From assembly GCA_033762915.1 (NCBI GenBank), contig JANRLD010000109.1, positions 1-28,712 of the forward strand: DNA of 28,712 nucleotides. Reading direction: 5' to 3'. Position 1 is the first letter of the stretch; every line of letters begins with the position of its first letter. A program made the position numbers and the translations under genes. Source of the stretch: Meiothermus sp. GTDB taxonomy: Bacteria > Deinococcota > Deinococci > Deinococcales > Thermaceae. Below are positions 16,829-24,542 of this stretch, one piece after another. A model generated the notes under the pieces. That model did not search any database, was not told the origin of the DNA, and was given only the letters and a program-made list of their open reading frames with translations.

Positions 16829-18979
16829 GTGAGGCCCACCCGCCGAATCCCCCTGCTGCTCCTGATGGCCGCCCTGATGGCCTGTGGCGGGAGTGGCCCC
16901 GTCAACGGCACCAGCACGGGGGCCGGGCTGCTGGTGCTGCCTACGGGGGTGGGCGAGGAGCCCTCGCCCGACCCCGGCGGCACCGACATCACCGGAACCC
17001 TCACCGCCTTCAACAACGGCAGCTTGGCGGGCAGCGTGCTGCTGGCCTGTTACCTGGAGAACGGGGTGTGCGACCGCAACTCGCCCAAGAACGTGCGGGC
17101 CACCGTCGTCAGCAGCGCCTCGAGCCTCACCTACCGCCTGCAGCTTGCGGCGGGCCTCTACCGGGTGGAGGCCTTCAAGGACGTCAACGGCGACGGCGAG
17201 CAGCTGGGCCTGGGCGACTGGTACGGCTGCTTCGGGCAGAGCGGTCAGCAGTGCGCGACGGTGCTGCCGCCCAAGGGGGGGGTCAACGTCGCGATGGGGG
17301 TGTACCTGGGGGTACCCGCAAGCCGGGCGGCCCAGAACAGCCCCGCGCCTGGCCCACTGGAGTTCGTCCCCGGCGAGGTGATCGTTAAGTTCAGACCCGG
17401 TGTCAGCCTTCAAAGTCTCCAGGGCCTGAGCGCCCAAGTGGGGGGCCAGCGGGTCGAGGCCGCCTGGGTGCGCCCGCTGGGGCTGCCCGAGACCGGGCTG
17501 TTCCGGGCCAGCCTCGACGCCGCCCAGACCCTCGAGCTAATCGCCCAGCTCGGCCGGCGCCCGGACGTGGTCTATGCCGAGCCCAACTACCTCTCGCGGG
17601 TCTTCAAGGCGCCCAACGACCCCCTCTACCCGCGCCAGTGGCACCACCGCGCCCTCAACCTCGAGGCCGCCTGGGAGATCGCCAACGGCACCGCCGGGGC
17701 ACCGGTAACGGTGGCGGTGATCGACACCGGGAGCATCAACCACCCCGACCTCAGTGCCGCCTACCTCCCGGCCTACGACTTTGTCTCCAGTCTGAGCCGC
17801 TCCGGCGACGGGGACGCTCGAGACCCCAACCCCCGCGACGAGGGCGGCGACACCGGCTACCACGGCGGCCACGTGGCGGGCATCATAGCGGCCCGCAGCA
17901 ACAACGGCCTGGGGGTGGCCGGGGTGAGCTGGGGGGTGCGCGTCCTCCCGGTTCGCACCATGGGCACCGACGGGGCCGGGGCCTCGAGCGACATCCTGGA
18001 CGGGGTACGCTGGGCGGCAGGCCTGAGCGTGGCGGGCGTTGAGAACAACCCCAACCCCGCCAGGGTCATCAACATGAGCCTGGGCGGAAAGCGACCCTGC
18101 AGCGCCACCGAGCAGGCCGTCTTCACCCAGCTCAAGAACGCGGGTGTCGTCATCGTGGTGGCGGCGGGCAACGAGGGCATCAACGCCCTCAACTACGCCC
18201 CCGCCAGTTGCAACGATGTCATCACGGTCGGGGCCACCGGCCCCAGAGGCGAGCGGGCCCACTACTCCAACTACGGCCCCCCGGTCGATGTGATGGCCCC
18301 CGGCGGCGACACCCGCCAGACCATCACCGTGGGCGGCCAGACCTTCGATGCCGGGGTGCTCTCCACGGTGCTGGACGGCAGTAGGGCCCCCGCCTACACC
18401 ACCTACAACGGCACCTCGATGGCGGCCCCGCACATCGCCGGGGTGGTGGCGCTGATGCTCAGCCGCGAGCCCGGCCTCGCCCCCGAGGCTGTACTGGCCC
18501 GCCTGCGCGACTCGGCGGCGGCGCTCTCGAGCGGCCAGTGCAACAGCCCGGTAGCCGACGGCTGCGGAGCCGGACTGGTGGATGCCAGCAAGGCGGTCGG
18601 GGGCGCCGGCCCCGCCCCCACCCCGCCCCAGACCGGCACCGCCCGCATCTATGTGGCGGCCCTGTTCTGTGCCAACAGCGCCTGCACGTCTCACGACGAG
18701 GCCCGCAGCAAGATCATCGAGGTCTCTGGGGTCGGCCAGCAGATCAGCTTCCAGATACCCAACCTGGTGGGCGGAACCTACGAGTTCGCAGGTTGGCAAG
18801 ACCTGGATGGCAATCAGAAACTCGACGGAAACGACGGCTTCGGCTTCACCAGCCCCCTCCTGCTGCGCGACAACCAGACCCGCAACGACATCCTGATCCG
18901 CCTAAAGCCCTTCACCACCAGCGGAACCAACCTCAACCTGATCCCCCCGAAGGCGGTTCTCGAGGCGCTGCAGCGATAG
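16829..18979 (+). CDS. S8 (subtilisin-like) serine peptidase lipoprotein
   Basis: Lipobox LMAC; propeptide FVPGEVIVKF..VYAEPNY; catalytic VAVIDTG, HGGHVAG, AAGN and GTSMAAP. Confidence 0.93.
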   Translation: MRPTRRIPLLLLMAALMACGGSGPVNGTSTGAGLLVLPTGVGEEPSPDPGGTDITGTLTAFNNGSLAGSVLLACYLENGVCDRNSPKNVRATVVSSASSLTYRLQLAAGLYRVEAFKDVNGDGEQLGLGDWYGCFGQSGQQCATVLPPKGGVNVAMGVYLGVPASRAAQNSPAPGPLEFVPGEVIVKFRPGVSLQSLQGLSAQVGGQRVEAAWVRPLGLPETGLFRASLDAAQTLELIAQLGRRPDVVYAEPNYLSRVFKAPNDPLYPRQWHHRALNLEAAWEIANGTAGAPVTVAVIDTGSINHPDLSAAYLPAYDFVSSLSRSGDGDARDPNPRDEGGDTGYHGGHVAGIIAARSNNGLGVAGVSWGVRVLPVRTMGTDGAGASSDILDGVRWAAGLSVAGVENNPNPARVINMSLGGKRPCSATEQAVFTQLKNAGVVIVVAAGNEGINALNYAPASCNDVITVGATGPRGERAHYSNYGPPVDVMAPGGDTRQTITVGGQTFDAGVLSTVLDGSRAPAYTTYNGTSMAAPHIAGVVALMLSREPGLAPEAVLARLRDSAAALSSGQCNSPVADGCGAGLVDASKAVGGAGPAPTPPQTGTARIYVAALFCANSACTSHDEARSKIIEVSGVGQQISFQIPNLVGGTYEFAGWQDLDGNQKLDGNDGFGFTSPLLLRDNQTRNDILIRLKPFTTSGTNLNLIPPKAVLEALQR

Positions 18980-19009
18980 CGCCACCACAGGGCCATCGCG
19001 GATTCCCCA

Positions 19010-19078
19010 CCCCGAAAACACGGCGGGGAACAGCCTTAGAGCCCCAAGGTCTTCGCAGCGCACAGACCCAAATCGGCC
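19010..19078 (+). repeat. Dispersed intergenic repeat (family B)
   Basis: aaaacacggcg..gaac..agccccaaggt..gcag..gac..aaatc aligns with the reverse complement of 4835-4902. Confidence 0.6.
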
Positions 19079-19186
19079 CTGGGGGGTCTCCATCAAAGGA
19101 TGCCGCCCCAAAACCCTGGGGAAGTCCACCGGTGCAAGCAGAGGGACCTGCAGCTGCCGTGCTCGCCCCGGCAAACCCCCGGTAAC

Positions 19187-20020
19187 CTACTTCCCGAACC
19201 GCCGCTCGCGCCGCTGGTAGTCGCGGATGGCCCGCAGGAAGTCGGTCTTGCGGAAGGCCGGCCAGAAGGCGTCGAAGAAGTAGTACTCGCTGTAGGCCCC
19301 CTGCCACAGCAGAAAGCCGCCCAGCCGGATCTCGCCGGAGGTACGGATAATGAAGTCGGGGTCGGGCACCCCGGCGGTGTAGAGCCGCTCGGAGATGTGC
19401 TGCATGTCCAGCTCGGCGGCGAGTTCCTCGGGGCTCTTGCCGGTCTGGGCGGCCTCGAGCAGCAGGCTTTTCACCGCGTCCACGATCTCCTCGCGCCCGC
19501 CGTAGCCCATGGCGATCTGAAGCAGCATCCCGTTGTGCTGCTCGGTGGCCTTCTCAAGGTCCTCGAGGGCCTCCAACACCTTGGGCGGGAAGCGGTCGTG
19601 CCGCCCGATGACCTTGACGCGCACCTCGTTGGCGTGGATGCGCTCGTCCTTGGCCATGCGCCTGGCCTCCTTGACGAAGAGGCTCATCAGGGTCTCGACC
19701 TCGACCTGCGAGCGGTTGAAGTTGTCGGAGCTGAAGACCCAGATGGTCACCGCAGGGATTTTGAGCTCGAGGCACCACTCGAGCACCTCGTAGGCCTTCT
19801 GCACCCCGAACTCGTGCCCCTCGTGGCCCTGCAGGCCCAGCTCCTTGGCGAAGCGCCGGTTGCCATCGAGGATCATCCCCAGGTGCTTGGGCGCGCTCCC
19901 CTGCTTAACCTCGGCCTCGACCCGCCGCTCGTACCACCCGTACAGCGGCTTGAACAGCGACTGGGCCACCTGAACCAACTGAACCCTAGGTGTGGAGGGC
20001 ACCTCCGACGTAACCGCCAT
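19187..20020 (-). CDS. uppS: cis-isoprenyl transferase (UPP synthase family)
   Basis: HLGMILDGNRR, FSSDNFNR, YGGREEI and PDPDFIIRTSGEIRLGGFLLWQ..YSE motifs. TAGACT -10 at 20034-20029. Confidence 0.92.
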   Translation of the reverse strand: MAVTSEVPSTPRVQLVQVAQSLFKPLYGWYERRVEAEVKQGSAPKHLGMILDGNRRFAKELGLQGHEGHEFGVQKAYEVLEWCLELKIPAVTIWVFSSDNFNRSQVEVETLMSLFVKEARRMAKDERIHANEVRVKVIGRHDRFPPKVLEALEDLEKATEQHNGMLLQIAMGYGGREEIVDAVKSLLLEAAQTGKSPEELAAELDMQHISERLYTAGVPDPDFIIRTSGEIRLGGFLLWQGAYSEYYFFDAFWPAFRKTDFLRAIRDYQRRERRFGK

Positions 20021-20179
20021 AGGCCCCTAGTCTACCGGGGGCGTGGGGTGGGGGGTAGGGGGTAGGGGGAAAGGCCCTGCAGGAGTCCGGCGCTTGGCCC
20101 TGCGCTTTTGCCTTGCGGTTCCCGCCCCCACCCCAGCCACTCTTTCCCCGACTCACCCTTGTGGCGGTAGACTGGTCTC

Positions 20180-20482
20180 ATGAACGACACCTCCGTTCAA
20201 CTCAGCAACCTCGCCATGCTGCTGTCCAAGGGCAGCAGCGCCGTCGCCACCCTCGAGGACATCATCGCCATCCTGGACGAGGCCGAGGAGGAGGGCTGGA
20301 GCGCCGAGGAGACCCTCGAGGAGATCAGCGAAGTGGTGACGCAGTACGAAACGCTGGAGAACTTCGCCAACATGTCGCCCGAGGAGATGAGCGAGATGCT
20401 TTCCGGCCTCGAGGACGAGGGGGACGAGGACGAGGACGACAACACCCCGCCCCCGCCGCCGACGCGCAAGCTCAAGAGCTAG
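20180..20482 (+). CDS. Small, highly acidic hypothetical protein
   Basis: Strong GC3 codon bias; TAGACT -10 at 20168-20173; E/D-rich with a polyproline/basic tail. Confidence 0.75.
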   Translation: MNDTSVQLSNLAMLLSKGSSAVATLEDIIAILDEAEEEGWSAEETLEEISEVVTQYETLENFANMSPEEMSEMLSGLEDEGDEDEDDNTPPPPPTRKLKS

Positions 20483-20541
20483 TCCAGGCTCGAGCGCCAG
20501 AAACTGATGGCCGAGGGCGTATAGCCGGGGGCTGAACTGAC

Positions 20542-21687
20542 ATGAAAATTACCGCAATTGTGCTCGACTCCGTGGGGCTGGGCTACCTGCCCGACGCGGC
20601 CTCCTTCGGCGACGAGGGGGCCGACACGCTGGACCACACCCTCCTCAAGACCGGCATCACGCTGCCTAACCTGGCGGCGCTGGGGCTGGGGAACGTGCCG
20701 GGGGTGCACACCGTCCCGCCCGCCGAGCGGCCCGGCGGGGCGTTCGGGCGGATGGTCGAGGTCAACCAGGGCAAGGACACCAGCACCGGACACTGGGAGT
20801 TCGTGGGGATTCAGCTCGAGAACCCCTTCATGGTTTTTCCACAGGGTTATCCACAGGACTTTCTTAGCGCCTACTGCGCCCGCATCGGGGTGGGAGGCTA
20901 CCTGCTCAACCTGCCCTACTCCGGCACCGACGCCATCCGCGACTACGGCGACGAGCACGTCCGCACCGGCTTCCCCATCGTCTATACCTCGGCCGACTCG
21001 GTGTTCCAGGTGGCCGCGCACATCGGGCATGTGCCCCTCGAGACGCTGTACGAGTGGTGCAGAATAGCGCGGGAGATGCTGGTGGGGCCGCTGGCCTGCG
21101 CCCGGGTGATCGCCCGGCCCTTCGAGGGCCAGAGCGGGGCCTACAGCCGGCGCGAGGACCTGCGGCACGACTACGCCCTCGAGCCCCCACACAACGTCTT
21201 GGACGTGATCAAGGCGGGCGGGCTCGAGGTGGTGGGGGTGGGGAAAATCCCCGACATCTACGCCCACCGGGGGTTCACTCGAGAGGTCAAGTCCAAGGAC
21301 AACGCCGACGGCATGGCCCAGACCCTGAAGCTAATGCGGGAGGACTTCTCGGGCCTGATCTTCACCAACCTGGTGGACTTCGACGCCAGGTTCGGCCACC
21401 GGCGCAACCCGCAGGGCTACGCGCAGGCGCTGGCGGAGTTCGACGCCAAGCTGCCCGAGTTTCTGGGCGCTCTAGGCCCCGACGACCACCTCTTCATCAT
21501 CTCCGACCACGGCAACGACCCCACCTGGCGCGGCACCGACCACACCAGAGAGTACGGGATGCTCCTGGCGGCGGGGCCGGGCATGGCCGGGCGCGACCTG
21601 GGCACGCGGGCCAGCTTCGCCGACCTCGCGCCGAGTTGGGCCGGGCTGCTGGGGGTGAGGTGGGAAGGCCCAGGCCGGGCGATCTGA
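20542..21687 (+). CDS. deoB: Phosphopentomutase
   Basis: [59 protein letters not shown] and TDHTREY motifs. Confidence 0.95.
   Translation: MKITAIVLDSVGLGYLPDAASFGDEGADTLDHTLLKTGITLPNLAALGLGNVPGVHTVPPAERPGGAFGRMVEVNQGKDTSTGHWEFVGIQLENPFMVFPQGYPQDFLSAYCARIGVGGYLLNLPYSGTDAIRDYGDEHVRTGFPIVYTSADSVFQVAAHIGHVPLETLYEWCRIAREMLVGPLACARVIARPFEGQSGAYSRREDLRHDYALEPPHNVLDVIKAGGLEVVGVGKIPDIYAHRGFTREVKSKDNADGMAQTLKLMREDFSGLIFTNLVDFDARFGHRRNPQGYAQALAEFDAKLPEFLGALGPDDHLFIISDHGNDPTWRGTDHTREYGMLLAAGPGMAGRDLGTRASFADLAPSWAGLLGVRWEGPGRAI
20835..20855 (+). promoter_or_regulatory. Tandem DnaA-box pair inside deoB
   Basis: TTTTCCACA (20835-20843, 1 mismatch) and perfect TTATCCACA (20847-20855), 12-bp period, each followed by GG. 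Confidence 0.5.
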
Positions 21688-21869
21688 CGCATCCACCGGC
21701 TGCCGGGTGCGGCTGCGGGTGCCCCCAAGCCTTCCGAACCCCCGCGTCTGCCCTGCTGCCCCGGCCGGGGCCTCGAGCTGTGTGAAGGTTTGCTAAAGAC
21801 CGGGCGGGGCGAAGCGGGGCTTTAGGCTGTTGGAATCGAGTAAATTCTGGCCGGAAGAGCGGCCCGCTG

Positions 21870-21925
21870 GCTTCATCGGGGGCACACACCCCGTCCACCT
21901 TCGCTACATCGCCCTGGTCCAAAAT
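21870..21925 (+). promoter_or_regulatory. Phased 4x CAY repeat operator plus CAAAAT -10
   Basis: gcttcat 21870, ggcacac 21881, cgtccac 21892 and gctacat 21903 (11-bp period), then 10 nt, then CAAAAT at 21920-21925. Confidence 0.6.
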
Positions 21926-21974
21926 GATCTTCAGTTCGGGCAGGAAACCCGAATGAAGCTGGAAAGGAGCGATT

Positions 21975-22481
21975 ATGAAAAAGCTGATTGGTTCAATCTT
22001 AGCGGTAGGTGTTTTGGTCGTCGGCGGGGCCTTTGCCCAGGTCAACACCCAGCCCCTGATGGCGCAGATCCAGACCGTGGCCAAGCTGGTTCAGAAGACC
22101 GAGAACGGTGTGGCCACACGCACCGGCTATGTCATCAAGGACTACCCCTACCTGTTCAGCCAGCCGCAGATTGAGGCTCTGCTGCCCTACCTGCGCGAGA
22201 TCCGGGCGCTGCCTAGCCTGACCCAGGCCGACGTGAACTTCTACACCGCCAAGATCGCCTCCATCCTCACCGACGCCCAGCGCAAGGATTTAGGCCTGCC
22301 CGCCAGCGTGGCGGTAGGCGCTAGCATCCCGGCTGTTACCGGCGGCGGCACCGGCGGCACCGGCGGCACCAACTTCGTCGCCGTGGTGGCCAACCCCATG
22401 CTCGATGAAGGCCCGGTCAGCATGCTCGACCACGTCATCATCGTGCTGGCCCAGTGGGAAAGCAACTTCACCCACGAGTGA
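21975..22481 (+). CDS. Secreted hypothetical protein with LTxxQ-like motifs (paralog 1)
   Basis: Sec signal ending AFA; AAGGAG RBS; core DYPYLF..Q..ALLPYLRE.RAL..LT.ADV.FYTAKI.SILTDAQR shared with 22698..23477. Confidence 0.8.
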   Translation: MKKLIGSILAVGVLVVGGAFAQVNTQPLMAQIQTVAKLVQKTENGVATRTGYVIKDYPYLFSQPQIEALLPYLREIRALPSLTQADVNFYTAKIASILTDAQRKDLGLPASVAVGASIPAVTGGGTGGTGGTNFVAVVANPMLDEGPVSMLDHVIIVLAQWESNFTHE

Positions 22482-22498
22482 GCTAGAAGCGGCAGCCG

Positions 22499-22533
22499 GG
22501 CAGGGGGCTCGAGGAAACCTCGAGCCCCCTGCC
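22499..22533. terminator. CTCGAG-core hairpin (terminator/REP-like)
   Basis: Perfect 16-bp stem ggcagggggctcgagg-aaa-cctcgagccccctgcc, followed by ttt. Confidence 0.7.
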
Positions 22534-22585
22534 TTTGCTCACCTTCTCCGCATAGCCAAAGTGCCGCCACAGCCAGGCTTCCCCC

Positions 22586-22641
22586 GGCGCACACGCAGCA
22601 CACAGGCTTTCCATCACGCCTACATGGTCAGGGGCCAGACT
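22586..22641 (+). promoter_or_regulatory. Phased 4x CAY repeat operator plus CAGACT -10
   Basis: ggcgcac 22586, agcacac 22597, tttccat 22608 and cctacat 22619, then 10 nt, then CAGACT at 22636-22641. Confidence 0.6.
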
Positions 22642-22697
22642 CGAGTTCGTGTCCGGGCAAGTGCCCGGATGGAGAGCCAGCGACAAAGGAGAGCCTG

Positions 22698-23477
22698 ATG
22701 AGACTACGATTACTTGCAGCCCTGGCGGCGGGCACCCTGACCCTGGGTGCATTGGCTCAGACCGACCCCAACGCCCCCACCCAACCCACAACCCCGACCA
22801 CACCCACCACTCCGACAACCCCCACCCCGACCACACCTGCAACCCCGCCGGCACCCACCGTGCCCAGCGTCGACACCCCGCCCCTGGAGCAGCAGGTCGA
22901 GACCGTCGCCACCCTGATTCGGCTAACCCAGGAGGGCGCCTCCACCCGAACCAACAAGTCCATCAGCGACTACCCCTACCTCTTCACCAAGCAGCAGATC
23001 ACCGCGCTGCTGCCCTACTTGCGCGAGGTGCGCGCCCTCAGTGCCCTGACCCGGGCGGACGTGGAGTTCTACACCGCCAAAATCTCCTCCATCCTCACCG
23101 ACGCCCAGCGGGTCCAGGCGGCCAAGGCCCGGCCCGGCACCCCGGCCCAGACCAGCAGCGGGCGCAGCACCGCCACCGGCGATAACCCCGACGCACCCCC
23201 CAACTCGGCCGAGGAGCAGCAGCGCGGCAGCAGGCCCGACGACGCCCGCAACTCCAACAGCCCCGGACAGTCCACTCAGCCCGCCACCCCCGAGGCGGGC
23301 GGCAACGCCCCCTCGGTCGCCGGCGGCGGTACGGGCGGCTCCAGAAGTGCAGCGGGCATCACCGCCGTGGCCCCCAACCCCTTCCTCGAGCGGGGCGAGA
23401 TCGCCGAGACCCTGAACCAAGTCATCACCACGCTCACCCTGTGGGAGAGCAACTTCGACAACCAGGGCGGCAACTGA
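22698..23477 (+). CDS. Secreted hypothetical protein with LTxxQ-like motifs and Pro/Thr-rich linker (paralog 2)
   Basis: Sec signal ending ALA; (PTT)n tract; shared core and C-terminal NP.L...L..VI..L..WESNF; AAGGAG RBS. Confidence 0.8.
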   Translation: MRLRLLAALAAGTLTLGALAQTDPNAPTQPTTPTTPTTPTTPTPTTPATPPAPTVPSVDTPPLEQQVETVATLIRLTQEGASTRTNKSISDYPYLFTKQQITALLPYLREVRALSALTRADVEFYTAKISSILTDAQRVQAAKARPGTPAQTSSGRSTATGDNPDAPPNSAEEQQRGSRPDDARNSNSPGQSTQPATPEAGGNAPSVAGGGTGGSRSAAGITAVAPNPFLERGEIAETLNQVITTLTLWESNFDNQGGN

Positions 23478-23728
23478 GTTGCGTCTAGGGGCAAACCACC
23501 GTCGCCCCGTACGCCGACTGCGGGCGCAATTGCGGACGGGCGGTCGGGCAATACGCGCGGGAGGTACTTGAGCGTAGGGCCTGGGGCTGGCATCAACTCC
23601 GGCACCGCCACTCGCGGCGGTTGTGCACAACCCGGCCTGCGGCTCCACAGGAGATTGCACCCCTAAGGGTTCGCTGCCGAGATCGCGGCGAAGCCCGCAA
23701 GCCCAACCCAGGGACGGTTTTTGAGGCC

Positions 23729-23762
23729 CAGGGCTCGAGGTTTCCCTCGAGCCCTGTTTTTT
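23729..23762 (+). terminator. CTCGAG-core intrinsic terminator-like hairpin
   Basis: cagggctcgagg-tttc-cctcgagccctg followed by a T6 tract. Confidence 0.7.
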
Positions 23763-23778
23763 CGTTCCCATCCTCATC

Positions 23779-23863
23779 CCTACACCGAACCTACACAAAT
23801 CCCACCGCGCCCCTTCATTCCCCCTGCCCAAAATGATCTCATGGCGCTCACGGCGGATAAAAT
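23779..23863 (+). promoter_or_regulatory. Regulator promoter region: phased CAY repeats plus two -10 boxes
   Basis: cctacac 23779, cctacac 23790 and ccttcat 23812 in an 11-bp register, then 10 nt, then CAAAAT 23829-23834 (6 nt before ATG 23841). TAAAAT 23858-23863 lies 7 nt before GTG 23871. Confidence 0.6.
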
Positions 23864-23870
23864 AGACCTC

Positions 23871-24542
23871 GTGGCGATGGTGCTGGTGGTAGAGGACGAG
23901 CCCGAGATTTCGGAGATACTGGAGGGTTACCTGCGGCGCGACGGCTACCGCACCGAGCGGGCCGGCGACGGCAGGGTGGCCATGAACCTCTACCGCGCTG
24001 CCAAGCCCGACCTGGTGCTTCTGGACATCCAACTCCCCGAGATGGACGGCCTCGAGGTGTTGCGTCGCATCCGCGCCGACGGCAACACGCCCGTCATTCT
24101 GGTGACAGCCCGCACCGAGGACCTCGACAAGCTGCTGGGCCTGGAGCTGGGGGCCGACGACTACATCACCAAACCCTTCAGCCCGCGCGAGGTGGTGGCG
24201 CGGGTCAAGGCGGTGTTGCGCCGGGCCGCCCCCGGCGAGACCACCAGGACAGTGCTGCGGGTGGGCGACCTCGAGGTGGACTGCGAGAAGGTGGTGGCCC
24301 AGGCCGGCGGCCAGCGGCTCGAACTCACCCCCACCGAGTTCAGGCTGCTGGAAAGCCTGGCGCGGGTGCCGGGCCGGGCCTTCAGCCGGATGGAACTGCT
24401 CGAGGCGGCCCTGCCCGAGTCCGACGCGCTGGAGCGGGTGGTGGACGTGCACATGAAGAACCTCCGCAAGAAGCTCGACGGGGCGGGGGTAGGCGAGATG
24501 CTCGAGACGGTGCGCGGGGTGGGGTACCGGCTGTGGTCGTGA
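23871..24542 (+). CDS. OmpR-family response regulator (BaeR/CpxR-like)
   Basis: VLVVEDE, LLDIQLP, GADDYITKPFSPREVVARV, LTPTEF.LL, ERVVDVHMKNLRKKL and ETVRGVGYR. Alternative start ATG 23841. Confidence 0.92.
   Translation: MAMVLVVEDEPEISEILEGYLRRDGYRTERAGDGRVAMNLYRAAKPDLVLLDIQLPEMDGLEVLRRIRADGNTPVILVTARTEDLDKLLGLELGADDYITKPFSPREVVARVKAVLRRAAPGETTRTVLRVGDLEVDCEKVVAQAGGQRLELTPTEFRLLESLARVPGRAFSRMELLEAALPESDALERVVDVHMKNLRKKLDGAGVGEMLETVRGVGYRLWS

Noticed and set aside
19080..19130. AAAACCCTGGGG motifs reminiscent of CRISPR leaders (also ~3347)
   Set aside because: No repeat-spacer array or cas gene exists anywhere in the window.
22778..22860. Tandem ACC/CCC-rich nucleotide repeats
   Set aside because: They simply encode the Pro/Thr linker of paralog 2 and are not a separate element.
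23487..23560. GGCAAACC...GGGCGCAA resembling a c-di-GMP-I riboswitch
   Set aside because: It lacks the GAAA tetraloop, the P3 receptor and the closing P1 strand; it is better explained as a family C repeat.
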